This document shows, one piece after another, positions 11,951-26,182 of a DNA stretch of 64,000 bases. The notes beneath the pieces are model-generated. The model made no database searches and was not told the DNA's origin. It was given only the letters and a program-made list of their open reading frames with translations. Made by a program: the position numbers and the translations under genes. The DNA comes from Heterodontus francisci (taxonomy: Eukaryota). Positions within the stretch are counted from its first letter, which is position 1. The number at the start of each line of letters is the position of its first letter. The stretch covers positions 19,540,234-19,604,233 of the forward strand of contig NC_090407.1 of assembly GCF_036365525.1 (NCBI RefSeq). Reading direction: 5' to 3'.

Positions 11951-12479
11951 TGATCAACCCTGCTCTCTACCCTCCTACAAATATTATGAGACTTCAGCTG
12001 CATTCTGGAATTCTCTCCCCGATCTCTGTCCTCTGCCCCCCTGCTCTCTCCCGTCTTCCCCTCAAATGGCCTCTTTCCCCAACACTTCACAAATTCTTTA
12101 AATCCTTTAAAAATTCTTCAAGTGCCGCTCCGAGTTCAAGGTGTTAAACCAGAAGGAATCGTGGAGAGGGAACCTCTTCTGATTCTGTGCCCTGTCCGAG
12201 CTCAAGGGCACTGAGGGCAACTTGAAGCACCACCACCAACAACCCCCCCCCGCCCCCACCCCCACACACAACCCCCCACCCCATACCCCAGCCCCTGAAT
12301 TCCCCACAGACTGCAATGGAAACCCTGCTTCGTGTGAGATTGGAGGTCGTCAGGGTTGTAGTTCGACCCTGACATCCTCCTAAAGAAGTGAGCGAGGAGC
12401 AAATGGATGAAAACAATCTGTCGGAGTGTTGAACACTGGCACCACAGGTGTCTGAGCCCCTGGAGCTCTTTGCACTTAC

Positions 12480-12542
12480 TCTCCTGCTCCTGAAGGTTGT
12501 GTGCCAACGCCCCATCCTCCAAGACAGCAAACCCACGGCACA
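12480..12542 (-). CDS. ccdc50: CCDC50-like coding exon 2 (VCRGFAVLEDGALAHNLQEQE)
   Basis: 63 bp, ttatag / gtaagt boundaries; near identity to human [21 protein letters not shown]. Confidence 0.92.
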
Positions 12543-12804
12543 CTATAACACAAGAGAGGAAAGAAAAGGTTGTGGTAAGGCCCGATATTACGAGTAAATG
12601 TACCCGTCAAGCAGGCACCAACATCAGACTTACACATCGCCACAGTCCCCACCAAGCTCTTGCCCAAGAGCCATTCCCCTGAATGCAGCAATGCTCGGTG
12701 CCACCACACTGTCTGGGTTTTATGCCAAACAAATAACACCTTAGAACAGTTTCTTTTGTTTTAAAAAGACAACCTCCCTCAAGAACTTTAATTACTCTCC
12801 AGTT

Positions 12805-13050
12805 GACAACAACTTGCATTTATATAGCGGCTTTAATGTACTAAACTGTCCCAAGGTGTTTTTCAGGAGCAATTATTGGACAAAATATGATACTGAACCA
12901 GCTGAAGAGATAGGAGGACAATTGGCCAAAAGCTCGGTTATAGAGATAGGTTTTAAAGGAGCTCCTTACAGAAGGAGAGACACAGAGAGGTTTTGGGAGG
13001 GAATTCCAGAGCTTTAGGCCCAGACAGCTGAAGCCACAGCTGCCAATTAC
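12805..13050 (-). mobile_element. L2-like LINE 3' fragment
   Basis: Tail 'caacaacttgcatttatatagcg' and 'gggagggaattccagagc', shared with the copies at 21100-21455, 27900-28330 and 28845-29540. Confidence 0.65.
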
Positions 13051-13139
13051 AGCACTTTCCCCGTGGAGTGTAATTGAGAGTCAGATTGCTCCACTGGTGA
13101 GTTATGCAAAAGGGCTGGGCCAGGATAAACACTGCTCCA

Positions 13140-13480
13140 ACTTCGGGTGACTCAGTTGGTAGACTCCCACTCAAACCACAAGCTTGTGGGTTCAAGCCCC
13201 ACTCTGGGACTGGAGCACATACCCGAGGCTGACAGTCCAGTGCAGTACTGAGGGAGTACTGAGTACCCCATCTGCCCTCTCAGGAGGATGTCAAAGATTC
13301 CCACGGCCACTATTTGAAGGCGGGCAGGAAACTTCTCCCCAGTGTCCTGGCCAATATTTTTCCATCAACCTACATCATTGAGAACAGATTATCTGCTCAT
13401 TTCTTACATTGCTGTTTGTGGGAGCTTGATGTGTGCAATTTGACTGCCCCTTCATTACAGCAATGACTACACTTCAAAAA
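13140..13480 (+). mobile_element. SacSINE1/Deu-SINE-like tRNA-derived SINE
   Basis: A/B-box head 'tgactcagttggtaga...gggttcaagcccc' and conserved body 'acagattatctg...gctgtttgtgggagcttg'. Confidence 0.75.
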
Positions 13481-15189
13481 GACATAGATGGGCTGAATGG
13501 CCTCCTTCTATGCTGTAATATTCTATGATTCTGTAAGCTCTTAGCACAGGAGTTGCTGGATATAAACACCCCCCCCCTATTTGACATTAGTGGTGTTACA
13601 CGAACACATCATTAACAGCAGACGCTCTGAATTATCACAAATGAGGTCACGAGGGATCGAACTGTTTAAACATCCCAGGCCCACACAAGACTGGCTTGAC
13701 TGAAACTTCTATTTTTAGTCAGACCCAGACTCCTATAAAAGATGTTCACAGATAACTTGATTTGTGATAGAATATATAAAAACACACTCCCCGGGCTGCG
13801 GCACAGCACCTCCTCCCAGCCTTGCCTGTCACAGTTTCCTGACAAATTTTCTGTTGCTGATACTGTTAGCTGCTCCTCTCTGTGGAAGTGAAAGACAAAG
13901 AGCGAAGGTAGAAGCAAGTCAATAGTTTGGAAACATTGAAATGATCACCCTCGCAGTATCCTCCCCTCACCTGCGCTAGGCTGCATTACCTGGGGCACTG
14001 CCAACTATCAGGTACGTCAAGTATCCTGTTCAGAGTGGCCATTATTGACATAGGAACCTGCTCTAGGGCAGCAGGTGTCAGCAGGGTTAATCCACTGTGT
14101 GCAGCATCACAACTGTGTCCAATCCTGTCCTTCAGCTGAGCTCAGTACAGGGGGCACCGGATAGTGACGAGGAGTGGGACTCCTGTCTGATTCCCCCCTT
14201 CCCCCTCAGAATGAGCACAGCACTCTCCACCCCTTCCCCCAACGCCAGTGCCCCAGCCGAACAAGCAAAGCTAGGGCTTGTGCACACAGATCCACTATAT
14301 GAAGGTAAAAGGCACAGTACAGCAGTGAGAGGCTGTGTGGAGTGGAGAAAGCAGCACTCTACGTCAAACAGAGTTGGGAGCTGTAAAGCTGATACTGCAC
14401 GTCTGAGGTTCCCCATTCCTCAAGTACGAATAATATCTGGAGCTTTAAAAAGTGAAGTAAAGGATTCATTTAGAGAAAAAAAAATCAAATATTGTGTCAG
14501 AAAATAAATTACATGGCAATTCTGTGCGTGTCAGAGGGGGCTCTGGGTGGTGGGGAGGGGGTTAATTTTAAATCGAACCTCCCCCTCGCAGATATTTGGC
14601 TCGTCTTGGAAAGAGAGGTTCAGTCAGGTTTTGTCCAGAGGAGGGCAAGTGTCTCACCTCAGCTACTTGTTGGACACGATAACAATGCAGGAGAGCTGGG
14701 ACTGTGTAAAGCTGGAACTAGTCAACTTGTAGTGGGGGAGGGGTGTGTGGTTTAAACAGAGAGCACAACGATCCCAGACTCAGTTCCCTCCCATTTTGTA
14801 CCAAATTAGCTGATCTCACTTCACCAGGTGTTAACAGAGACAGCAGCTGGGCTGACTACTGTCCCCACATGGTCTGGAAGCACTGAGGCTCATTAAACAC
14901 ACTGACTGCTGCTTCACCTCGGGGGGGAGGAGGAGGAGGGGTGGGGGGTCAGTAACTCGGCGCAGGTCAGAGACTGAACCTGGGATCCTTCCTGTTCCTC
15001 GTTTACCCTTTGCTGCACTTGTAGACATCTGAGATTCTGGCAGATGAGGCCGAACAGCCCTTCAGTATGGTTATGTTAAGTAAAGGGCTGCTCTCAACAT
15101 TAAATTGTTTTGGCACCAGTTAAGCAGCTGGTAGCAGGAACAGAGTGGACAATACTCAGTAAAAACCAATCCCTCAGCTGGTGAGTGCC

Positions 15190-15465
15190 CCAGAGACTGC
15201 AGTCCACAATCCCAGCACACATTCCCGATACGGTACTGAGGGAGTGCTGCACTGTCAGACGAGATGTTAAACTGAGGCACCACCAGCCCTATGAGATAGA
15301 TGTGGAAGTGGTTAATATTTATCGCCCAACCAGCATCACTAAAACAGATTGTCTGGTCATCATCACATTGCTGTTTGTGGGATCTTGCTGTATTTCATTG
15401 GCTGCAAAGCGCTTTGCGACATCCTGAGGTAGTGAAAGGTGCTATATAAATGCAAGTCTTTTCTT
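15190..15465 (+). mobile_element. SacSINE1/Deu-SINE-like fragment
   Basis: Same body plus tail 'gtgaaaggtgctatataaatgcaagtc'. Confidence 0.7.
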
Positions 15466-16689
15466 TTTACTGTTTCGCTGGCACACACAGAGCCTGGGTT
15501 TTGTCTCCAATGGCTGCTGAATCGACCAATCATTGTAGCCCTAACGCCGTGCCAATTTACTCAGCAGAGTGCAGACTCAAACCCGAGCCCTCACCCCCAA
15601 AAGGCTGCTGAGGCTGGGGGTTCAATACTGAGATTGACAGATTTTTGTCCATTTTGTCTATTAAGGGCTATGAAACCAAGTCAGGCAGATGGAGCCATAA
15701 TCTAAGTGAATAGCAGAACAGGCTCAAGGGGCTGAATGGCCTCCTCTTGTTCCTGTGGCGTCAGCTACTCATTGTCTTAATCCTCGGAGGGCTGGGGTAA
15801 TTAACAATTCACCGGCAACTCATTTTAAGACAGCTGTAAGATAAACCAGGAAGAAATTCCTCGTGTTTTCGCATGCTGCCTCGGCAACTGCCAAACAGGA
15901 GGCAGCTACTGGCTGCATGAGGCCAAAGGTCACTCCTTTAGCAAAACTACTTCTGTCACTCAGACAAGTGGGATTGTACAGCACAGATCCCCATCCCCCA
16001 GCCAGTAACCCCCGCCTACCCTACAGGTCAAGGAAATAGCTGTAGGGATTGTAGTGGCAGCACGGGTTACCATGGAGATGTCAGGATTACTCTGACAGTG
16101 GAATCCTGGCTTCGAGCCCAGGAAAATGAAGCACACGAGGATCAAGTGTTTTCTCAAATACACTAACTAGGCCTCACAGAACAGTACGGCCCCGGGTTTG
16201 CCTGTTGATTGCACCGAGGGCTGTGTTGTGGGGGTGGGATCCTCTTCACCCACCTCCCCACTGTAAAAATGGATAGCCTGGATTCCCAACCACTGCCCAC
16301 TGACTCCTGCCAGGAATACGTCTGTGGCCACCCGGTGAGGAAAGGATGAAGCTGGACTGTGACGGTCAATCATCTCCCCATGACCCAATAGCCCAGGATC
16401 TGAAGAACCAGAAAGGCCCCAACAACCGGAAGAGCTTCAGGGCCGGAGGGTGAGGATAAGGAAATTGGACGAGGAATGTTACGGTTACATATTCCAGCTG
16501 AGCTCTCGGAGGAGTTGCTGTCAAGGTTCTGCATCCTTCCAACTGGGTCACCCCTGGACCCGTATCTCAAACTCCTTCAACAGCTCGTCATTTTGGCCTC
16601 CCCTTTCCCTGCTCATTTTCTCTCCCCTCTGCTTCTAACAGGTGCCAGTGCCCAGTGACCTCACCTTCAGGCGGTCAGCCAGGTCAGTG

Positions 16690-17070
16690 AAAGTGGTCGC
16701 CAACCCTCCAGGATTGCCCTGGAGTCTCCAGGAATTAAAAATTGATCTCCAGGACACTGTTGGGAGCAAAATCCAGGAGGGAAAAAAAAAAATCATAGGA
16801 ACATGAAACAACTTGTGTTTTTCTTCCATTTTCTTTGAACACTTTAGTTTATCAGTTATAAAAAATATTGGAGATGGGAGAGAAAAGGCCGTTTCACTAA
16901 CAAGGCAAGATTCATCTAATTGGGTAACAAGAGTCTGTTCCTTTTCCAATTGGTCGCAGGAAAGCGACACACCTGCAGGATGGACCAATGGCGGGAGTGT
17001 GGGGGTAGGGTGGTTTGAGGTGAGAGGTCACATGATGAAACCTTGGGGAATACATCCAACGAGAGTTGGC
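16690..17070 (+). repeat. Unclassified interspersed repeat
   Basis: 'ccaaccctccaggattgccctggagtctccaggaattaaa' recurs at ~47405-47700 (+) and ~55620-55690 (-). Confidence 0.55.
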
Positions 17071-18448
17071 AATGATGGGAGGGGGCTGGCGATGGGGGAG
17101 AGGGGCGGCAACAGGAGGGCTGACGATGACGGGGGTGGAGGGAGGGGGGTGATGGGGGGAGGGGAAGAGCCCCATTACAATATTCAAAAAGTTGCCCCCT
17201 AACATATTGCTGCCAGTCACAGAAGAAACATACAGGACAACCACAACTTAAGACTATTTTCTCCAGGAATACTGCAGTGCAATAACTGCAGCCTGTAAAC
17301 ACACATTGCACATCTGCCACATCGGAAAAGATGGGTGAAGAACAGAGGTAAATAAATCCACACAGACAGATGGAGATATTTAGGAGTTAGTGATCGTTGC
17401 CAAGGGAAATGTGTCGATGGAAAGTTTGGAAATACAGTCAGTCTGAGTGAGGACACAGGGAGCCGGTGCCCGAGAGCAGATTTGGCTTTGTTTTTAAAGG
17501 GGGTGGTGGGAAGAAAGATGGCGTTTTATTTAAAAAGAGCACAAGTTTGCATTTCTGCATACATCCAGCAACCAGGTCACACAGGCTGTGAAGGGCCCAG
17601 GCTGTGTCCAGAACTGATCTGACCCACAGTAGGATTCCAGCAGCCCAGGAAGGAGGCATCAGTAATCTACATCTTTACCAGGACTCCAGACGTGAACACG
17701 CCTGTGCTTGGCTGTATCGGGCATGGAACTGGTTTTCACAGCACGAGTCAACATCTTCAGAGAGCAAAGGAATGTAGAACAGATCTCACCAAAATAAAGT
17801 AATGTACCCCCTGCACCCCTCAGTCTGCCCCCACCCAATAGCTCCTGTTCTACCCCTCACCCAGCAGGGACTGCTCTGCCACCCTCCCCGCCCACTCACC
17901 TCCAGCACCCCTTATTCTGCCAGGCCCCCCACCCAGCACCTCCCCTCTCAGAACCTCTCACTCCATCCTCCCACCAGCACCTCTCACTCCGTTCCCTCCA
18001 GCAGGGACTCCTCCCCCCAAGCACCCCTCAATCTGACTTTCCCCCACTCCCCCACCACCACTCAAAGCATCGGTTTATTATTGGAGTCAATGTTTGTTTA
18101 AAGTATATACATCAAATGCAATATTGTGGAAGTGCATTCATTTCCTGTGCTTTTGAATTCTTCCCATGTAATCTGCAGTCTCTCAATGAACAGAAAGGAG
18201 CAGAGGCTATGTTTAGCACGTTGACTCCAGCTTCACTCATTGGGGTGCACGTATGGTCTGTGTGTGGAACAGGAGCCACTGGGCAAGGTCCAATCGCTAT
18301 AGTAAGAGGAAGAAAGCAAATGAGTGTAGAAGAGCTGCTGGAATGTTGAATTCAGGAATCCCAGATAATGTAGCCCAGACTGCAAGGGTGAAAGGCTTTT
18401 TTCTCTGATGGTTGTTGGGTGCGAAACAAAATGAGATTTAGGCAGTAT

Positions 18449-18872
18449 CCTGCTGTGTATTGCTGGGAGGGAGCGGAGCCGTTGCTGGGAGGGGGCGGAG
18501 CCCCTGCTGTGTATTGCTGGGAGGGAGCGGAGCCGTTGCTGGAAGAGGGAGGAACTCCTGCTGTGTATTGCTGGGAGGGGGCGGAGCCCTTGCTGGAAGA
18601 GGGAGGAGCCCCTGCTGTGTATTGCTGGGAGGGGGCGGAGCCCTTGCTGGGAGGGGGCGGAGCCCCTGCTGTGTATTGCTGGGAGGGGGCAGAGCCCTTG
18701 CTGGGAGGGGGCGGAGCCCCTGCTGTGTATTGCTGGGAGGGGGCAGAGCCCTTGCTGGAAGAGGGAGGAGCCCCTGCTGTGTATTGCTGGGACGGGGCGG
18801 AGCCCTTGCTGGGAGGGGGCGGAGCCCCTGCTGTGTATTGCTGGGAGGGGGAGGAGCCCCTGCTGGGAGGGC
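18449..18872. repeat. 58-bp GC-rich minisatellite, ~7 units
   Basis: Repeated CCTGCTGTGTATTGCTGGGAGGGGGCGGAGCCCTTGCTGG...; the source of several periodic ORFs. Confidence 0.95.
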
Positions 18873-18939
18873 ACATGGCTCCAAACTAGTCAGAACTGAG
18901 GACTAAGTTACCAACCCCCGTGAGAAAGATCTGCTTATG

Positions 18940-19345
18940 ATTGTTGGAGTGGTTCTGCTACTGGACTCTAGTAAACCAGAGAATACGAGTCCAACACCCA
19001 CCGTAACAGTTTGAGAAGTTGAATTCAGTTAAAAAGAAAATCTGGAAATAAAAATCTGGTATCAGTAAAAGTAATCATGAAGCTGTCAGATTGTAGTAAA
19101 AATCCAGCTGGTTCACTAATGCCCTTTAGGGAAGGAAACCTGCTGTTCTTACCCTGTCTGGGCCTATATGTGACTCCAGTCCCACACCAGCGTGGTTGAC
19201 TCTTAAACTGCTCTCTGAAGTGGCTTAGCAAGCCAATCAGCTGGATCAAACCACTCCAAGAAAGCCCCACCATTTTCTTCTCAAGGGCAACTCGGGATGG
19301 TTATACATGGCCTGGCTACCAAAACCCACATCCCAAGAATGAATA
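18940..19345 (+). mobile_element. Interspersed repeat (probable CR1-related SINE or 3' end)
   Basis: An inverted copy lies at ~23180-23505 and a partial copy at ~36390-36555 ('ctctgaagtggcttagcaagcc'). Confidence 0.55.
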
Positions 19346-21099
19346 AAGGGAAAGGTGTGACTGTGGGAAATGAGACTGTCACTTTAGACAGTTGTGGTCC
19401 AGCTCACTGTTCAAGTGGGCTTAACCCTTAGTGCATACTCGATATTAGGAATTTTCTAATCTGAATCTTGTACTATTGGTTGGAGAGTTCTCCATCAAAC
19501 CATTCCCACTGCCCTCAAACGACTACACGACTGTTTGGCCTGTCCTGTCATCACCGCACAAAAGGGAAAAATAAGTGAAAGAGATCTGTACATGATTAAA
19601 TGCAAATACATTGAGAGTGACAAATAATGAAAAAAGATGTGTTGACCAATCACAGGACCTGAAGCTAGACACAGAACTGATTCAGCTCATTCCAGTCCAT
19701 CCATCTAGAAAATTCCACAGTCTGCACTCCCCCAATTACAGCCCACATGTTAAAAAGTACTCCATCTCCAACTGCTCATTCCCTGTACTGATCACTCAGA
19801 GAAGAAAAGCTTTGACAGGAGCCTTTTACCAGTTTGACCCTGTGCCCCTGTTCATTGTATTCCCAATCTACCTCTTCCATCATGTTTACCATCTCATACT
19901 TCCTTTCAAGGTTGAATAGCCCAAACTTTCCTTATAAAACTCAGTTGGCTAATAATGACTAGCAACATAAGGGCCTTGCCCCAAAAATGCCACCAGGACT
20001 TCAGTGTCTCCTGTGTCTTGGTGATTAAAACTGGACACAGTACTTAAGATTCGACAGACCAGAGGACTGTACAGTTCAAATCATAGTGTCTAGACAATGT
20101 GAAGCTGTCAGCAACAGACTGAATAAGGTACTAGGAAATCCAATTATAAATCAAAGCAGGTTATTAATACTGCTAGATAAACCTCATTGGCAGGGTCAAA
20201 CACAAGATTACATACAATTTTGGACAACCTTGATCAAAAGGAGATGCACTTAAAGAGTTCAAGGAACGGCGACCAGCTTTATTCCAGCACTTACAGTATC
20301 AATATTAATAGGAGTAGGCCATTCAGCCCATCGAGCCTGCTCTGCCATTCAATATGATCATGGCTGATCATCCACTTCAATGCCTTTTCCCCACATTATC
20401 CCCATGTCCCTTTATGTCATTGGTATTTAGAAATCTGTCAATAGGATAGGAAATGTGGCAGGTTTAACATTGTAAATTGTCCCAAGGCAGTTCACAGAGA
20501 TGAAAATATGGAGACCAACTAATGGGAGAAGAGTTTAGGGAAAATAACTGAAGACAATGTCAACAATGTAGGGCTTGAGAAGGATTTTGAAGGAGGATAG
20601 GGCTAACTGGGGGCTTTGGGATAATTTCCCAGAGTATGGATTGAGCTGGCAGGCACCAACAAAGATGGAAAAGAGATGTAGAGGTGGTGAGGTATGGAGG
20701 AATGTGCTGGCTCTCCATGAGGGAAGCTCACAGTGTTTACATTGGAAACAATGGTCTTGCATGCTAAAGTTAATATAAACAGATTAGTAACTTTAGAGAA
20801 CGTTAGTACATGGCTCAAGCAAGTACTAGATTAGAAATGTCTCCACCCACACAATGTTGCATGTGTGCAGCAGCCTCCCAAGCAGCTTAATGTCTAATCA
20901 CAAACTGAGCTGCAGGAAGCCAGACTGTACAGTTATACATTGAAGTAGCACCTCCAGGACCTGGACTGAGATCCAATTCAATGCAGACTCATGGATTGCT
21001 CATTTGCTTCTGCTTGTTGATTAAGACCACCATCCCCCACCCCCCCCCCCTCCCCCCCCCACCCACCATACAAAATAAATCTGGGCAGTTCCAACCCTG

Positions 21100-21455
21100 T
21101 GGTGTCTTGTCAAATCCCTCCATGGCCTCGCCCCTACCCATCTCTGTAGCCTCCTCCAGTCCTACAACCCTCAAGAACTCTGCACTCCTCCAATTCTGAC
21201 CTCGAGCATCCCTGATGTTCCTTCAGCTGCCTGGGCCCCAAGCTCTGGAATTCCCTCCCTAAACCTCTCCAGCTCCCTCTCCTCCTTTAAGACTCTCCTC
21301 AAAATCTAACACTGTGACCAATCCTTTGCTCACCTCTCCCAGTATCTCCTCCTGTACTTTGGTGTCAAATTTAGGTTGATAATCGCTCCTGTGAAACACC
21401 TTGGGACATTTTACTCTGATCTAGGTGCTATAGAAATGCAAGTTGTTGTTGTTGA
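21100..21455 (+). mobile_element. L2-like LINE 3' fragment
   Basis: 'ctctggaattccctccctaaacctctcc' and tail 'tgcaagttgttgttgttg'. Confidence 0.7.
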
Positions 21456-22509
21456 TGGGTGCAAGTCTCAAGAACAAACAAAAACTGTCCCTAATTTGAC
21501 AATGGGACTGAGAGGCTGCAGCAGGGCTGGTGACAGTGCTAGGAAATGGAACAATATGACAATAGTGTGTTACAATGTACTCGTCCGAGGTTGAGGCAGT
21601 GCTGCAGAAGTTTTACTTCGCCTCTGAAGTGCTTTGAGATATCCTAAGGTTGTGACAGGTGCTATAGAAATACAAGTCTTTATTTTCTTTTCTCAAACCT
21701 CACCTGGGAGTACTTGATGCTGAAATCTGCTGCCTGAAATGGACAGTGATCAGCACAAACAACTCACCATAGGGAACACAAAATTACACACACATCACAC
21801 TCACGACAGAACACCAGTAACTCCAGGCAGGCAGCAGGATAGAGAGTTACAGTGATAATGTACAAATACTCCACAAACTCCCAGTTAAACATCAGAAATC
21901 AAGGACTTCTTTTTTGTAAACTTTAAAACACATCTCAACTCAAAAAATTGGCCAAAATGGCACTGCCCGGGAATCTTTCAGCTGTGAAAGGAGCAGACAG
22001 GAACACCTCCTTCCCTCTCCAACCTCTTTGATAGTGATGCTCAGGGAACAGATCCCTGAACAGGGAATGTCAGAGTGAGTGCAGCAACTCATTCAGATAT
22101 TAATGCCTCACAGATGGGGCTATAGACAGAGTTACATACAGCCCCTGCGAGGTGGCGGCTGGGGAGATTCCTGTGACTGCAGAGGGCTCAACATCAACTG
22201 AAAAGTTTATCAATAAAACTCTGCTCTGAAAACTTCCCCCACCCCCAGAGTTTTTTTTACAATTGCATACGCTCCAACATTAAGTTGACTGTCACAAGCT
22301 TTAAGGGCTCCGCAGAACCACCATAAAGAAACTCCATGTAGTTATTTAAACATCTCTCTTTCCTTTTCTCTCCCAACCCCCCTTGTTAATCCTGCATCCC
22401 GAGGCAGCCCCGAGCGGTCAGGCTGTCAATTTAGAGCCTGACGTGGGCCAATGGGTCTGAGGAGGGCGAGAATGGGGGCGCGTGGTGGAAGAGCAAGTTA
22501 GGCCATGGG

Positions 22510-22725
22510 ACTTTCCAACGGCTCAAGAAAGGAAATTATAGAAACCTTTACCAATCGCTGGTTAGGCCTCAGCTGGAGTACTGTGTCCAATTCTGGGCAC
22601 CACACTTGAGGAAGGATGTCAGGTGCTTGGGGAGGATGCAAAGGAGATTTACTGGAATGGTGCCAGGGATGAGGCACTTCCGTTATGTGAAGAGAAGCTG
22701 GGATTGTTCTCCTTGGAGGTTAAAG
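22510..22725 (+). mobile_element. CR1 LINE ORF2 fragment
   Basis: Encodes LVRPQLEYCVQFWAPHLRKD, a CR1 ORF2 C-terminal motif. Confidence 0.85.
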
Positions 22726-25303
22726 GGCCTTTCCAGTGACACCAGCAAATCAAACTGTCCTGACTGAGATTTATAAAGGAGGAGGAGAGCTGTGCAAAAT
22801 CCCCATGCCGAGCTTTCATTTAGTCAGGATAGCAAGGAATTCGGGGGAAAAAAAAAGAGCAAGGCAAAGCATCCTCTCCAACCATTTACAGAAATGAACG
22901 TTTCTGGGGCCTGAATTTTAAGGAACAGCCATTCCATTCCGTCAGTCTTTAGGATAGTAGATCCTGGAAGATGTATCGCTGGTCACTGAGTATGCAGAAG
23001 TGGGAAAGCTTTGTGTACAAACGTGTTGGCTTTGGAGTGAAATGGATCAGGAGTGAACAGGAACGGATTTGGGACGTTGGAACTCCAGTCAAGGATCAGT
23101 AGCCAATCCACCACAAAGGGACGTAACAAGGAACTGAAAAGGTCCCAAGCTGGAAACAACAGTTTAAAAAAAAAAAATCCATTCTTGGGAGGTGAGCCTC
23201 ACTGGCATGAATTGCCCATCCCCAGCTGACCCCAGAAAATTTGATACAACAAAGCACCTCACTCGGCCACTTCAGAGAGCAGTTAACAGTCAACAAGCAG
23301 GTGAGACATTGAAGTCACATATAGGCCCAGACTGGGTAGGGACGGCAGGTTTCCTTTCCTAAAGGTGAACCGGCTGGGTTTCCATGACAATCCAACAGCT
23401 TCATGGCCACTTTTACTTTCCCAATTTTTTAAAAGCTGAATTTAAATTCTCAAACTGCCGTGTTTTGGGATTTGAACTCGCGTTCTCAACATTACTCATC
23501 CAGTGATGTAACCCAGGTGGAAGCCCAAGTGTGCTGATACTGGGGCTGCACAGGACTGACTTGCTTCTACCCACTCCTCTTGTCATTTTAAAGTGGGAGA
23601 TGGAGTAACATTATTCAACAGAAGCAGGGAGCAGATGCAGGGCTGGGTGTCCCTGTGCTGACTTCCCAATCGCGGTCACAGTGAGTGGAGAGGCTGCACC
23701 AGCAACAGCGATGAGTGGCAGCAATCTGGGAACAAGGCCTGTAGCCACCTACTCAGCTACCAAGTGTCAAGGTGGTGGTGGGGGGGCGGAATGTTGAATT
23801 GAATAAATTAAAAACTACGCCTGGATCACGTCCCCTCCCAACAGCTGCGCGTGCGGGCAAAAAACAATGGCACGAACGTGGAACAGAATGAGGTGCTTTA
23901 TACTCCCTTCAAAGGGGATTTCCTGTGTGACCCCCACAAACTATATGAATCCATAAGGGTTGGTGGAAACAAATTCAATAGTATCTTTCAAATTGAAATT
24001 AGATAAATGTGAAGGGCCGAATGGCCTCCTTCTGTGCTGTAAATGACTCTCGGACTTGAAGGGGAAAACATTTCAGGGCTATGGGGAACGGGAAGAGTGA
24101 GACTGATTGGATAGCTCTTTCAAAGAGCCAGTATAGACACAATGGGCCAAATGGCCTCCTTTTGTGTTGTATTATTCTACATCACGACGTATCACAGACA
24201 ACAGCCTGGAGTAATGGTAAGAGTTACTGGAACAGGAAGAGGCCATTCAGCCGCTTCAGTCTGTTCCACCATCCGGTTAGATCATGGTGGATCTGTACCT
24301 CAACTCTGTACCTCAACTCCAACCCCCACCCCCGTCTTGGTTCCCTTTCCCTGAAAACTCTTTGCTGAACAACAATCTATCATTCTCAGTTTTGAACATT
24401 TCAGCTGACCACCACCCCCCACTCCCCCTCCAGCCTCAGCAGCTTTCTGGGGGAGAAGCTTCTAGATTTCCACTCCACTTTGTGTCAAGTGTTTGCTGAC
24501 ACATCACCCCTCAACAGCCTAGCTCTAATTTGAAGGTTGTGCCTCCTGCAGCCACCAGAGGATACAGTTTCTCGCCATCTACAAATGACCAAAGGCTCTG
24601 ATGGAGCCTTTTTAATCAGGTGGCTTTTGAAACAGAGGCGAAGGGTGGGCGGAGGGGGTGTGGGGGAATAATAGGGGCCAGATGGGGGGGTGTTAGGGGA
24701 GAGGGGGGCAAGGTGGCTGAATGCACCATCTTCAAATGATAGTGGAGGGAATTATTAAAAGGAGGCCAGAGTTTAAACAAGTAGGTGAGTGCTGACATAT
24801 AAAATAAAACTGACCCAAGCGATAAATTCACTTTCAAAGGACTTTCAAAGACTTCCTTTCCCATCGAATCCTTCCTGCTTCACCCAAGGATTCTTGCATC
24901 AGCCCTCCTATTCCCACTGCCACTAAGAGATGGTCAGAAGGAAGACTGTGGGCGGCTGTGGATTTTTGACAACATTATAAATAAAATAGCTGCTGTAGAA
25001 GAACATTTGCTGACAGTTTATTGATGTTTATATCTACTGCCTGCTGTGGAATAAACAGCCCAGGCTCCAGGAACAGGGCACAAAACCCTGGTGTTGGAGA
25101 AAACTCAGAACTTGTTTATTCTGGAACTCGCATTCCAACTGAAAACAAACACATTAAATATTTTATTCACACTGCAGACCATTTTCTTCCTCAGGAAGTT
25201 TCTGGTGGGAATGAAACACCCAGAAGTAACAGGCTGACTACTCCAGACCTTCACTCGTGTGGTTCGATGAGTTTAATCCAGATTTAACTGCTACTGAAAC
25301 CAA

Positions 25304-25495
25304 CTACACTGTCCCATCAAACACTGTCAGGACACGGGTTAGATACAGAGTAAAGCTCCCTCTACACTGTCCCATCAAGCACTGCCAGGACACGGGTTAG
25401 ATACAGAGTAAAGCTCCCTCTACACTGTCCCATCAAACACTCCCAGGACACGGGTTAGATACAGAGTAAAGCTCCCTCTACACTGTTCCATCAAT
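25304..25495. repeat. ~59-bp tandem repeat (3 units), related to the 65-bp repeat at 41010-41515
   Basis: CTACACTGTCCCATCAAACAC...GGGTTAGATACAGAGTAAAGCTCCCT repeated. Confidence 0.9.
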
Positions 25496-26133
25496 GTCTC
25501 TGCTTTGGTTTGCATCAGCCAGCTATGATCCTTGTCTGTTAAAAAGGGGAACCATTGGTCTAAAACCAATACTCAAATCCAAGATTATTTATCACTGTTG
25601 CCATTTGCCCTTCATTTGGGAGAACGGGCTATTACCTCAATAAAGATTAATTGGGTTATACTCAACTCATTGCAAGAGGGAAATATGGCCACCTTCAGTT
25701 TATTCTATCACATCATAAACACAATTCACTGATTTGTTTTAAGAATCCTGGTGTTTATTGTTCAAGAGTGTTACATTTTTGCATCCAACCCTCCTGTGGT
25801 GCATTTACAAGTTCAGTCCTCCCCATCTCCACTATCTGTGATATCTCCATGCCCTATGCTCTGGAATTCCTTTCCTAAACCTTGTCTCCTTGAAGATCCT
25901 CCTCAAACCTCTCTGACCAAACTTTTGGTCAGCTGTGCTACTATCTCCCGCTCTAGCTCGGTGCCAATTGTTGTCTGATTGAGGTTCTGCTGAAGTACCT
26001 TGGCATGTTTTCCTACTTTAAAGGCACTATTTAACAAAAAGAACCAACTGAAGGAACTACAACAATTATAAATAAACAGACACAAATTTGGAATGTATAA
26101 AAGACAATATAGCAAAGTTCATCTCCCTCTCAC

Positions 26134-26182
26134 CTTCTTGTACCCGAGGTAGATTGGATTGGTCGATCGCGATTTCAGTCAT
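26134..26182 (-). CDS. ccdc50: CCDC50-like first coding exon (MTEIAIDQSNLPRVQE)
   Basis: ATG at 26182, 49 bp to a G|gtgaga donor; matches human MAEVSIDQSKLPGVKE. An in-frame upstream ATG (MVNPKLA) and an acceptor 'tttattttag' at ~26241-26250 suggest an upstream 5'UTR exon. Confidence 0.9.

Noticed and set aside
18233-18906. Repetitive ORFs on both strands
   Set aside because: 58-bp minisatellite artefact.
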